A stretch of DNA of 64,000 nt from Acidobacteriota bacterium (GCA_022820545.1 JAJEFG010000093.1:1803-65802), one strand, 5' to 3'. Shown: positions 49,408 to 59,139, counted from the first letter of the stretch. The notes: generated by a model from the sequence alone, not told the origin. Numbers and translations: made by a program.

Positions 49408-51174
49408 ATGCGACTCTCCCACCACTTCGGTCTCACCCTGCGCGAGGCCCCCGCCGGCATCGAGGCCGAGAGCCATCGGCTGCTGCTCCGCGCCGGCTTC
49501 ATCCGGCAGCTCGGCCAGGGTCTTTACTCCTACCTGCCGCTCGCGCACCGCTCGATCACCCGGATCGAGAACATCCTGCGGGAGGAAATGAACCGGATCG
49601 GCGGCCAGGAGATGACCATGCCGGTCGTCCATCCGGCCGAGATCTGGCGCCGGTCGGGACGCTACGACGCCGTCGGGCCGGAGATGGCGCGGTTCAAGGA
49701 CCGCAAGAACAGCGACCTCGTCCTCGCCATGACCCACGAAGAGGTGGTGGCCGACCTCTGCCGCAGCGAGATCCGCTCCCACCGGCAGCTCCCGCAACTC
49801 GTCTACCACATCCAGACCAAGTTCCGGGACGATCCGCGGCCCCGGGCGGGACTGATCCGGGTGCGCGAGTTCACCATGAAGGACTCCTACACCCTCGACC
49901 ATGACGCCGGGGGGCTCGAGCGCCAGTACCGCGCCCACTACGAGGCGTATTTCCGTATCTTCTGGCGCTGCGGGCTGCCCACGATCGCCGTCGGCTCCGA
50001 CGTGGGAATGATGGGCGGCAGCCAGGCGCACGAGTTCATGTACCTGACCCCGGTGGGCGAGGACACCCTGGTCCTCTGCGACGCCTGCGGCTACGCGGCG
50101 AATCGCCAGATCGCCCGCTTCGCCAAGACCCCGGCGGAGCCGGAGGAACCGCTGCCCCTCGAGCGGGTCGATACCCCGGGCGCCCGCACGATCGACGAAC
50201 TCAGCGCGTTCCTGGAGATCCCGGCGGCCCGCACGGCGAAGGCGGTGTTCCTGACGGCGGGGCTCGACGGCGGCGCCCGGGAGGAGCTCGTGGTCGCGAT
50301 CATCCGCGGCGACATGGACGTCAACGAAACCAAGCTCGCGAATGCCGTTGGCGCTTCCTGGCTCCGTCCCGCGGAGGACGAGGCGATCCTGGACGCCGGC
50401 GCCACGCCGGGATACGCCTCGCCGATCGGGCTCAGTTCGGGCACGGTGGTCGTCGATGACTCGATTCCCGCGTCACCGAACCTGGTGGCCGGCGCGAACG
50501 AGCGCGACGTTCACTTCCGGAACGTGAACGCGGGGCGGGACTACGACCCGGGGCTCGTCACCGATATCGCGGCAGCGGAGGATGGCCATTGCTGCGTCCG
50601 GTGCGGAAAGCCGCTCCGCACCTCGCGCGGCGTCGAGGTCGGCAACATCTTCCAGCTCGGGACCCGCTACGGAGACGCCGCCGGCGCCCGCTTCCTCGAC
50701 GACGAGGGCGCCGAGCGCCCCATCTGGATGGGCTCCTACGGCATCGGCTCGGGCCGGCTCCTCGCCTGCGTGGCGGAGGAGCACCACGACGGGAACGGCC
50801 TCCGCTGGCCGATGAGCGTTTCCCCGTACGACGTGCACCTGATTCCGCTGGCCGGACGCGCGGCCGAGGACGAGGCGGGTCCGGCGGCGGAGCGCCTGCA
50901 CGACGAACTTCAGGACGCCGGGCTCGAAGTCCTGCTCGACGACCGTGACGAGCGGGCGGGTGTCAAGTTCGCGGACGCCGACCTCATCGGCATCCCCCTG
51001 CGGGTCGTGATCTCGGGGCGCTCGCTCAGCCGCGGCGGAGCGGAGGTCCGCATCCGGGGTGAGGACGCGTCCGAGATCGTGCCGCTCCCGAGCCTCGCCG
51101 AGGCCCTCACGGCGCGCCGGACGGCACTCCTGGACCGCATCGAGGAAGCCGTCCGGGTCCCCGAGTTCGGCTGA
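49408..51174 (+). CDS. proS: Proline--tRNA ligase (with INS editing domain)
   Basis: THEE, KFRDDPRPRAGLIRVREF.MKDSY, EVGNIFQLG, MGSYGIG. Confidence 0.97.
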   Translation: MRLSHHFGLTLREAPAGIEAESHRLLLRAGFIRQLGQGLYSYLPLAHRSITRIENILREEMNRIGGQEMTMPVVHPAEIWRRSGRYDAVGPEMARFKDRKNSDLVLAMTHEEVVADLCRSEIRSHRQLPQLVYHIQTKFRDDPRPRAGLIRVREFTMKDSYTLDHDAGGLERQYRAHYEAYFRIFWRCGLPTIAVGSDVGMMGGSQAHEFMYLTPVGEDTLVLCDACGYAANRQIARFAKTPAEPEEPLPLERVDTPGARTIDELSAFLEIPAARTAKAVFLTAGLDGGAREELVVAIIRGDMDVNETKLANAVGASWLRPAEDEAILDAGATPGYASPIGLSSGTVVVDDSIPASPNLVAGANERDVHFRNVNAGRDYDPGLVTDIAAAEDGHCCVRCGKPLRTSRGVEVGNIFQLGTRYGDAAGARFLDDEGAERPIWMGSYGIGSGRLLACVAEEHHDGNGLRWPMSVSPYDVHLIPLAGRAAEDEAGPAAERLHDELQDAGLEVLLDDRDERAGVKFADADLIGIPLRVVISGRSLSRGGAEVRIRGEDASEIVPLPSLAEALTARRTALLDRIEEAVRVPEFG

Positions 51175-51193
51175 CGGGCGGGGGCGGAAGGCC

Positions 51194-52609
51194 GTGTTCG
51201 AATCCGTCTCCGTTCCGCTTCCCGTCTTCGCACTGCTGGTGGCCGGATGCCTCTACGGACTGGTCGTTCGGCCGCTCTGGCGGCGGCGCAGCGAGCGGCG
51301 CAACGCGCACGCCTTCCACGAGGCGCAGGGCCGGCTCGCGATCCAGCCGTCCGCCTTCCAGCTCCTGAAGCCGACGAGCACGGCCGACCTGCTGATGGTG
51401 GACCCGCTCGTGCAGGACGCGATCCTCAAGGAGACGGAGCGGAGCGAAGCCGACCAGTGCGACGCACTGGTGGAGGCGCGGAACTACGCCCGGGAGATCG
51501 TTCCCTCGCTCAGCGCCGGCCTCTACTTCCGGGTCATTCACGGTCCGGTGAAGCGGATCATGCTGAATCTCTTCCGCGTGCGGGTGCGCTACGTGGACGA
51601 GCGGGCGATCGTGCGCGCCGCCCGGACCTCCACCCCGGTCTTCGTCCTCAATCACCGAAGCAACCTCGACTACGTGATCGCGGCCACCTCGCTCGCCGAC
51701 CGGGCCATCCTTTCTTTCGCGGTGGGCGAATGGGCACGCTACTGGCCGCTTGAGGGCCTCCTCCGCGCCCTCGGCGGCTTCTTCGTTCGGCGCGGATCGG
51801 GAAACCCCCTCTACCGCGCCGTGCTGGCCGCTCACGTGAAGACCGCCGTCGGGGCCGGCGTACCGCAGGCGTTCTTCATCGAGGGACGCTTCTCGGAAGA
51901 CGGGAAGCTCAGGAAGCCGCGTCTCGGCCTCCTCGACTACGCAGTGCGGTCCTTCGACCCCGAAACGGGCCGCGACGTGGCGTTCGTGCCCGTGGCGGTG
52001 AACTACGACCGGGTCATCGAGGACAAGAACCTCCAGATCATGAAGGCCAGCGGCAAACGGGCCAGCCGAACCGGAACCTGGCGAGCCACCGCGGGATTCC
52101 TGGGTCACCAGCTCTGGCTGCGCCTGAACCGCCGCTGGAAGCCTTTCGGTCACGCCACCCTCAGCGTGGGCGCACCGGTATCGCTCAGGGAGTGGCTGGA
52201 GAACCGGGGCTTCGACCCCCGGGCAGTCGACCGCGACGAACGCTTCGCCCACGTGGGCGTGCTCGCGGACCATCTCATGGAGCGCATCGCGGACATCATG
52301 CCTGTGCTCCCGGTACCGCTGATGGCGACCGTCCTTCGCGACCGGGGCGACGAGGGCGTCACGAAGACCGAGGCGCGCGCGGCCGCCTTCGAGATCCTCG
52401 AGTCGCTCGCGGCTCGCCCCGGCGAGCCCGACATCCCCCGGGATGACTGGGAACCCGCGGTGGAGCTGGGCGTCCAACTCCTGATTCAACGGCAGATGGT
52501 GAAGGCCGACAAGGGGCGCCTGCGGATCCTCGAGCCACGCCGCCACTTCGTGGACTACTACGCCAACTCGATCGGACACCTCATCGCGGAGCGGCCCGCC
52601 GCACCGTAG
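51194..52609 (+). CDS. Glycerol-3-phosphate acyltransferase (PlsB/PlsC-like)
   Basis: NHRSNLDY (HxxxxD), GGFFVRR, FFIEGRFS.DG; N-terminal TM helix. Confidence 0.88.
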   Translation: MFESVSVPLPVFALLVAGCLYGLVVRPLWRRRSERRNAHAFHEAQGRLAIQPSAFQLLKPTSTADLLMVDPLVQDAILKETERSEADQCDALVEARNYAREIVPSLSAGLYFRVIHGPVKRIMLNLFRVRVRYVDERAIVRAARTSTPVFVLNHRSNLDYVIAATSLADRAILSFAVGEWARYWPLEGLLRALGGFFVRRGSGNPLYRAVLAAHVKTAVGAGVPQAFFIEGRFSEDGKLRKPRLGLLDYAVRSFDPETGRDVAFVPVAVNYDRVIEDKNLQIMKASGKRASRTGTWRATAGFLGHQLWLRLNRRWKPFGHATLSVGAPVSLREWLENRGFDPRAVDRDERFAHVGVLADHLMERIADIMPVLPVPLMATVLRDRGDEGVTKTEARAAAFEILESLAARPGEPDIPRDDWEPAVELGVQLLIQRQMVKADKGRLRILEPRRHFVDYYANSIGHLIAERPAAP

Positions 52610-52642
52610 GAGGACCCGGCTCCACCCGCCCCGGTGACGCGC

Positions 52643-52792
52643 CGGCTTGGAACGCCGGTCTCCAGACCGGCACCGCGGCGCTCCGCGCCGCGCACGTCAC
52701 AACGCTCCCTGTCCTCACGACGCCCACGGCTTGGGCGCTGTGAAACCTATAGGAACGCCGGCTTCAGCCGGCACAGTCCGCCGCAGGCGGAC
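52643..52792 (+). repeat. Two REP-like elements at the island's left edge
   Basis: GGAACGCCGGTCTCCAGACCGGCA plus hairpin (52643-52703); GGAACGCCGGCTTCAGCCGGCA plus GTCCGCC/GGCGGAC hairpin (52752-52792). Confidence 0.85.
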
Positions 52793-52988
52793 GAAACAGG
52801 GCCGGCCGCGCTCGAACGAACGGGCTTCCCTGATCCCCGTCGCGAATGCGCGAGGGCAGCCCACTCCCGTTGTTTCGGCAGATACGATCCCCGGGCGTCA
52901 CTCCAGTGAGCAGCCCCGGTGTCGAGCGAATAGCCCATATGAAGGAACTATCGAACGGCCCATGTCACGCCCTCGGCAGTAGCTTCCG

Positions 52989-54137
52989 ATGACTGTGCGT
53001 GTACCCGTCCACGCCGGTGTACTCCGTTGGGCGTGCGAACGCGGCCGCCTCGAGCCGGAGACCCTGGCTCAGCGTTTTCCGGCGTTCCCGGCGTGGGCAC
53101 GCGGCGCGGAGAACCCAACGCTCAGACAGTTGGAGCGCTTTGCCAAGGCTTCGCGCACTCCCATCGGGTTCTTTTTCCTCTCCGAACCGCCGGAGGAGCG
53201 CCTTCCCATCCCGGACCTCCGCACCCTCGCGGACAGGCCGGTCGCGCGTCCGAGCGCCGACCTGCTCGACACGATCTACCTCTGTCAGCAACGGCAAGCG
53301 TGGTACCGCGACAACGCTCGCATGGAGGGAGAAGCGCCGCTGAGGTTTGTTGGCTCGGTGAGCCGTTCGGACGATGTCGAGGCCGTTGCCGATCGGATCC
53401 GCACCGCGCTTCGGTTCGACCTCGAAGAACGGCGGCGTCTCACAACGTGGACTGCGGCTCTTCGGCTCTTCATCGAACAGGCGAACAACGTCGGGGTGCT
53501 CGTCATGGTCAGCGGCGTGGTCGGGAGCAACAACCGCCGGCGACTGGACTTCCGGGAGGTCCGCGGTTTCGCTCTGGTGGACGATCTGGCACCGGTCATC
53601 TTCGTGAACGGCGCGGACTCAAAGTCGGCCCAGATGTTCACGCTGGCGCACGAGTTGGCCCATGTCTGGTTGGGCGAATCGGCGCTCTCCGACAGTGAGG
53701 ACCGCGTCATTCCGGATCACAAGACGGAGCGCTTCTGCAACCAGGTGGCGGCCGAGATCCTGGCCCCGACCAGGATGGTGCGCGCCGAATACCGCTCCAG
53801 CGCGCCGCTCCCGGCAGAGACCACGCGACTCGCCCGCCACTTCAAGGTGAGCACGCTCGTGGTGCTACGACGCCTCCACGAACTCGGCGCCCTCGCGCGG
53901 CGGGAGTACTGGAACGCCTACGACGAAGAGCTGGACCGGCTCCGCACCGTGGCCCGTGACTCCGGCGGCGACTTCTACAGGAGCACCGGCGCCCGCGTCA
54001 GCAAGCAGTTCGCCCGGGCGGTCATCGGCGCCACGCTGGAAGGGCGCTCGTCCTACACAGAAGCCTTCCGCCTCCTCGGGTTCCGGAAGATGGCGACCTT
54101 CAACGAGCTGAGCCGCCGCCTGGGCCTGACTTCGTGA
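52989..54137 (+). CDS. ImmA/IrrE family Zn metallopeptidase with N-terminal XRE-type HTH
   Basis: W..G...PTLRQLE.FA (HTH), FTLAHELAH (HExxH), ERFCNQVAAEIL, FKVS. Confidence 0.92.
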   Translation: MTVRVPVHAGVLRWACERGRLEPETLAQRFPAFPAWARGAENPTLRQLERFAKASRTPIGFFFLSEPPEERLPIPDLRTLADRPVARPSADLLDTIYLCQQRQAWYRDNARMEGEAPLRFVGSVSRSDDVEAVADRIRTALRFDLEERRRLTTWTAALRLFIEQANNVGVLVMVSGVVGSNNRRRLDFREVRGFALVDDLAPVIFVNGADSKSAQMFTLAHELAHVWLGESALSDSEDRVIPDHKTERFCNQVAAEILAPTRMVRAEYRSSAPLPAETTRLARHFKVSTLVVLRRLHELGALARREYWNAYDEELDRLRTVARDSGGDFYRSTGARVSKQFARAVIGATLEGRSSYTEAFRLLGFRKMATFNELSRRLGLTS

Positions 54138-54689
54138 TGGCCTATCTGGTGGACGCCAATGTCCTGATCGCCGCGAAGAACCTTCACTGACGGCTTCGAC
54201 TTCTGTCCCGGCTTCTGGGACTGGATCGCGAGGAGCCACGAGCAGGGTCTGGTGCGTAGCGTGGAAAAGGTCGGTGACGAACTGCGCGGTGTGGACGACG
54301 ATCTTTCGGAGTGGGCGAAGGCGCGCGGCCCGTCATTCTTTGTTCCGGTGGACGCCGCCGGTTTCCCCGCACTCAAGGCCGTCAGCGACTGGCCGAGGCA
54401 GCAGGACTATGGAGCGACCGCCATCAACACCTTCCTTCAGTCAGGGGATTACTACCTGGTGAGCCAGGCCCTCGCCGGGCACCACACGGTGGTGACGCAC
54501 GAAGTGCCCACCGCAAGTCCCAAGAAGATCAAGATTCCCAACGCCTGCATCGGGTTGCAGATCAAGTGCATCACACCCTTCGACATGCTGCGCTCGGAGC
54601 GGGCACGATTCGTTCTGGGAGACACTGGCACAGGGATACAGACAATGACTCCGGGAAATCTGTTTCAATCTTCACTGGGACACCGATGA
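54137..54689 (+). pseudogene. DUF4411 (PIN-like) protein with +1 frameshift
   Basis: MAYLVDANVLIAAKNLH, then CAC-TGAC-GGC. Deleting G54189 gives ...HYGFDFCPGFWDW, continuous with the track ORF ending 54689 (DYYLV..A, VVTHE, IKIPNAC). Confidence 0.85.
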
Positions 54690-55228
54690 GCAAGATCAGC
54701 TCGACCATCGTCGGCGCCGCAGGCGAGTATCACGTGCTCAGTCAGTTGTTGCGGCGTGGCTGGATTGCGGCCCTAGCACCGGATGGGGCACCGAACATGG
54801 ACATCCTGGTCACCGACAAGAACTCCAAGAAGTTATGTGCCATCCAGGTGAAGACGCGACGTGACATCGGAGGCGACAAGGGCTGGCACATGAGGCCTAA
54901 GCACGAGACCATGGTCGCCAACGATCTGTTCTACGTCTTCGTCGACGTCGGCAAAAAGCCGTCCGATACGACAGTTTCCTATGTCCTTCCCTCAAGCGTG
55001 GTGGCGGCCTGTATTCGCGACTGCCACCAGGTGTGGCTCGACACTCCCGGCAAAGGAGGTCGGCAACACAAGGACAGCGACGTGCGTCGACTGTTACCCG
55101 ACTACTCCAGTATCAAGCCGATCACGGAGAAAGGACGGAAGACGCTTGATCGGTATCGATCGGGCTGGCTTGACGCCTATCGCGAGAATTGGAGCATCCT
55201 GCGGTTGCCCGAAGCGGATGCCTTTTGA
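54686..55228 (+). CDS. PD-(D/E)XK nuclease-fold protein
   Basis: GAAGEY.V...L...G...PNMDILV...IQVKT; ATGA overlap with the upstream gene. Confidence 0.8.
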   Translation: MSKISSTIVGAAGEYHVLSQLLRRGWIAALAPDGAPNMDILVTDKNSKKLCAIQVKTRRDIGGDKGWHMRPKHETMVANDLFYVFVDVGKKPSDTTVSYVLPSSVVAACIRDCHQVWLDTPGKGGRQHKDSDVRRLLPDYSSIKPITEKGRKTLDRYRSGWLDAYRENWSILRLPEADAF

Positions 55229-55550
55229 TTGTTGGCCTACGTCCCGTGGGAGGCGTCCGATGCGGAGATTGACATTCGGACACTCCAACCCGTCCTGGAC
55301 ATTCGATAAGTCAATGGCTTTTCCGCATTCATCGGCCGACCTGCGTCGGCACGCGCGGTGCTGGGCACCGCGCACGGCGCAACGCTGACGCGCCCGGAGG
55401 GGCGCTTCTCTCGGTGCAAACGAGCAGACGGAACGTTCCCGCACCTCAGTCGCCCAAGGCGGATGACGGCGTGTCGCCCGCGGCCTTGCGGGCCGCAATC
55501 ACTCGGTTCCATCGACTTCCAGACAGCACCGTTGTGTGCTCCTAATATGA

Positions 55551-55645
55551 TGGTATACCAATGGTTTATCGTGCTAGAATGTTCCATCCGGGAGCGACCA
55601 CAACCCGCCCGTTCCCATCATTTTTCTGATACCCACTTGGTACCT
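55551..55645 (+). promoter_or_regulatory. Integrase upstream control region (arm-type-like sites and extended -10)
   Basis: Palindrome TGGTATACCA (55551-55560), TGCTAGAAT (55572-55580) and GATACC...GGTACC (about 55628-55644) resemble P4-integrase leaders. Confidence 0.45.
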
Positions 55646-55682
55646 CTCGGAACCAAGAAGTCGCCGCAGGAACGAAAAACAC

Positions 55683-56891
55683 ATGATGGAACGACCATAT
55701 CGCCTCTCCGCTCGCTTCGTCGCCACCATTGAGCGGCCCGGACGCTACGGCGACGGGCGCGGCTCCGGTGGCCTCTCCCTCCTCGTGAAGCACACGGCCC
55801 GAGGCCACCTGACCAAATCTTGGGCGCAGCGCATCAACCTGGACGGCCGCCAGCGCAATCTCGGACTCGGATCCTGGCCCCACGTCAGCCTCGCCGAGGC
55901 CCGCGAGAAGTGCGCCCTGAACCTCGCGGCGCGGCGGCGCGGGGAACTCGTGACCGGCCGACAGCGGACGGTCCCCACCTTCGAGGAGGCCGTCGAGAAG
56001 GTCATCGCCGTGCACCGGGCCGGCTGGAAGGATGACGGCAGGCAAGAGAAGCTGTGGCGGGCCAGTCTCCGGGACCACGCGATGCCGAAGCTCGGCGGGA
56101 GGCCGGTGCACCGGATCAACGCGGCGGACGTGATGGCGGTGCTGCTCCCGATCTGGAACGAGAAGCGGGTGACGGCGCGTCGGGTCCGGCAGCGGATCGG
56201 GGCGGTGATGCGGTGGGCGGTGGCGCAGGGTTACCGGGAGGACAACCCCGCTGGAGAGGCCATCGGTGCGGCGCTGCCGAAGAACGGATTCCGGCCGCAG
56301 CACCACCGGGCGCTCCCGTATGCCGAGGTCGGCGAAGCTATCCAGACGGTGCGGGCCTCCGGTGCCTATCCCGCGACCGCGCTGGCGTTCGAGTTCCTGG
56401 TGTTGACGGCGTGCCGCAGCGGCGAGGTGCGCGGCGCACTGTGGAAAGAGATCGACATCGAGGGCCGGGAGTGGCGGATTCCGGCGGAGCGGATGAAGAC
56501 GGGCCGGGAGCACCGCGTTCCGTTGTCCCGGCGAGCAATAGCCGTGCTGGAGGAGGCCCGGAGGCTCGCAGACGGTTCGGGATTCGTGTTCCGTTCAGCG
56601 CGTGGCCGGCCACTCTCCGAGGTGGCTATGCCGACGATGGTCCGCAAGCTCGGAATCGGCGCGGTGCCGCACGGGTTCCGGTCGAGCTTCCGGGACTGGG
56701 CGGCGGAGTGTTCGGACGCGCCGCGCGAAGTGTGCGAACTGGCGCTGGCCCACATGAACACGAACGCCATCGAGGCAGCCTACCGGCGTACGGACATGTT
56801 CGAGCGGCGGCGGGCGCTCATGGAGCAGTGGGGCGCATTCCTCGCCGCGACTGAGGACAAGTTCTCACCCCGTTCTGGAAAGGCAGCGTAG
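55683..56891 (+). CDS. P4-type tyrosine integrase (arm-binding N-domain)
   Basis: GRYGDG..GGL.L.V, LG..P.VSLAEAR; complete catalytic set R(TACRSGE), K(MKTGREH), HGFR, LAH, AAY. Confidence 0.95.
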   Translation: MMERPYRLSARFVATIERPGRYGDGRGSGGLSLLVKHTARGHLTKSWAQRINLDGRQRNLGLGSWPHVSLAEAREKCALNLAARRRGELVTGRQRTVPTFEEAVEKVIAVHRAGWKDDGRQEKLWRASLRDHAMPKLGGRPVHRINAADVMAVLLPIWNEKRVTARRVRQRIGAVMRWAVAQGYREDNPAGEAIGAALPKNGFRPQHHRALPYAEVGEAIQTVRASGAYPATALAFEFLVLTACRSGEVRGALWKEIDIEGREWRIPAERMKTGREHRVPLSRRAIAVLEEARRLADGSGFVFRSARGRPLSEVAMPTMVRKLGIGAVPHGFRSSFRDWAAECSDAPREVCELALAHMNTNAIEAAYRRTDMFERRRALMEQWGAFLAATEDKFSPRSGKAA

Positions 56892-56993
56892 TCCGTTCTA
56901 CTCACCTGCCCCGCGCCGCACCCTCCGAAGGAATCGCCACGAGAACGTGGGTAATGATTCCCATCACCGAGCCAGGGCACCCTGGCCGACGGT

Positions 56994-57479
56994 CTAGTTC
57001 TTCGAGAAGCCCTTGACCCGCGGCGAGCGCGGCAGCGGCCTCGGCCCGCGCAGCCGCTCCTCGAGCTTTTCGGCGACCCGCTCCGCGAGTTCGTCAAGGA
57101 ACATCTCCCTCTGCAGGTCCGCGTTATCGCTGGCGGGATCGAGCAACTCCGAATCTAGCGCGGGTGGAGGGGGGAGAGCCGGAGGAGGCGGCGGTACGTA
57201 CAGCGGCTCCACCAGATACGAGGGAGGCGAGCGAAGCTCGTCCAGAAGCCTTGCGATATTGGAGTCCTGCAACACGCGCTCGCACTCCCGCTGCTGCTCA
57301 AGTAGCGGACGTAACCATTCTGCCAAGGACGCCTCGAACCTGGCGATCGACTGCATATACGGCTCGGCGGATTTTTCGAAATGAGCGAGGAGTTCGGCCA
57401 CTGGCCGAAGCTCTCTCTCGACATGCCGCGCAAGACATTCGGCCGCGGAGGCGAGTTCTTCGAGTTGCTGGCGGGTCAT
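56994..57479 (-). CDS. Hypothetical protein (helical, Pro-rich linker)
   Basis: 161-aa ORF with GAGGG SD; no family recognised. Confidence 0.6.
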   Translation of the reverse strand: MTRQQLEELASAAECLARHVERELRPVAELLAHFEKSAEPYMQSIARFEASLAEWLRPLLEQQRECERVLQDSNIARLLDELRSPPSYLVEPLYVPPPPPALPPPPALDSELLDPASDNADLQREMFLDELAERVAEKLEERLRGPRPLPRSPRVKGFSKN

Positions 57480-57740
57480 ATGTCCGTCCCTCTTGGGTGT
57501 GCGCGGGGATCGCCTGAATGGATCAATTTACCAGATAGTGGCCGGGCAGATTGACACTTGACTGGTGCGGTAGTGCCAGGAGCCGAAGCGCCAGCTTGGT
57601 CCGCCTCGCCTCTCGCTAGCGGCGCTACGCCAACCCGACCGGCCGTGAGCCTCGCAGTCTGGGAAGCTAGCCTAACGCCGGAGGGCGCCGCCGCCACGGG
57701 CGCGGCGGCGAATCCCTGCCACGGAGGAAGAGGGGAGCCC

Positions 57741-58070
57741 ATGACGAATCACTCAGGTGCGGTGTCGGCACATGACGTCGAGCTCCCACGGATTGGCGCT
57801 TGGGACGTGATCCACGCAAACGAGGAGTGGTCCGTTGCCCTCTGCACGATTCAGGAGCCGGGCCGGAAGGACCGCACGCGCGTCGGAATCCGCTGGAACG
57901 GCCGTGCCGGCGCCGACAGCCTGCTCGGCTACCCCAACGTGCGCGGATATCCGTGCTGGTTCGTATTGCCGGACGAACTCGGAGCCACCGTTCGGTGCCT
58001 GGTCGAGCACGGGTCGGTCGTGCTTCCGCCGATCTGCTGCCACGGCGAGGAAGCGGGGGTTCCCGGATAG
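57741..58070 (+). CDS. Hypothetical protein with GIRWNG...GYP..RGYP.WFVLP motif
   Basis: Strong SD (GAGGGGAG); aromatic/Gly-rich, conserved-looking core. Confidence 0.7.
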   Translation: MTNHSGAVSAHDVELPRIGAWDVIHANEEWSVALCTIQEPGRKDRTRVGIRWNGRAGADSLLGYPNVRGYPCWFVLPDELGATVRCLVEHGSVVLPPICCHGEEAGVPG

Positions 58071-58145
58071 CGGGCCGAAGGACCGGTCATTGGCAGCCGA
58101 TCCCTCGATGGGCTGCCAAAGATGCGCGAGACTAGGTGGAGGACA

Positions 58146-58922
58146 ATGGACGACGATCACTACCAAGACCCGACGCGGTACGCCCCCGCGTCGTCTGCTG
58201 ACACAGGGAATCTCCGCGCGGCACTCTGTGACCTCACACTGCTGGGCGACGATCCCTTCCTGAGTATGCAAGCGCTCAATCTCGCCATGGTGGACGCGTG
58301 GCTCACGCCACTCGAGGAGGATCTGCTCCGAATGCTAATCCGGGAGGATCGAACGCCGGCCCCGGAAGCCCTTTTCGTCTCGGCGCTGTCGCAGATGTGG
58401 ATTTTTGCGGCCTACGAGCTGCTTAGGGCGTGGCGGCAGCGGGCCTTGGACATGCGCAAGCTGGAGAGGAACGGTGGGCTTAGGGCGAAGCTGGCGGCGC
58501 TGAGGAAGGACTGCGGATTCGTTCACGCCGGCCGGCGAATCCGTGCCAGTCAGATCGAGCGTATTCTCGACGAACCCGGCATCATCGACGTGATCGATGA
58601 CGACCTGAAACGCACGCACATGCCCTTTGCACGCCTGGCGGCCATTCGCGTCTCGCTCGCGAAGCACGAAGTGCCACGGAAGAAGAACTCGATTGCGCTG
58701 AATCCGGGGTACGGGCGAATAAACCGGGAGTGCGGAGCGCTTGACTACGAGATCGAGGTCGGCCGCAGCAGCCTAGGGACGATCAATCGGCGTGAGATCG
58801 CGGAGGACATGCGAGCTTTGCCGGACGCTCCGATCCCGAGCGACGATGAACTGGAGGCCTTCGACGCGCTTTTGCGCGGACAGTCAGTGCGCTCGGCCGC
58901 AGCAGCGACATCGCCGGGATAG
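58146..58922 (+). CDS. Hypothetical helical protein, HEPN-like
   Basis: SALSQMWIFAAYELLR.W and RVSLAKH (Rx5H). Start is 58146 (GGAGG) or 58122. Confidence 0.6.
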   Translation: MDDDHYQDPTRYAPASSADTGNLRAALCDLTLLGDDPFLSMQALNLAMVDAWLTPLEEDLLRMLIREDRTPAPEALFVSALSQMWIFAAYELLRAWRQRALDMRKLERNGGLRAKLAALRKDCGFVHAGRRIRASQIERILDEPGIIDVIDDDLKRTHMPFARLAAIRVSLAKHEVPRKKNSIALNPGYGRINRECGALDYEIEVGRSSLGTINRREIAEDMRALPDAPIPSDDELEAFDALLRGQSVRSAAAATSPG

Positions 58923-59139
58923 GCCGGAACCATCTCGCTCCGGCCTCGGAAAACCGAACCGAAGCTGAGAATGAGGCAGTTCGACCCGGACTGTCCCGGC
59001 GGACAGCGGCTGCCGGCCGCGAATCTTCGCGGCGGGACAGGCGACGAGAAGAGACGACGGTGCCAACACAGATGAGGCCGACCCTGCCCGCAATGCAGGC
59101 TGATCGTGTTCGGGGGAATGGCACACTTCACACATAGCG

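Noticed and set aside
54188-54190. In-frame TGA as selenocysteine or read-through
   Set aside because: Homology continues in a different frame, so this is an insertion frameshift, not recoding.
55229-55560. tRNA or tmRNA attachment site; small minus-strand ORF MLSGSRWNRVIAARK...
   Set aside because: No T-loop/CCA cloverleaf was recognisable, and the 27-codon ORF has an SD but no other support.
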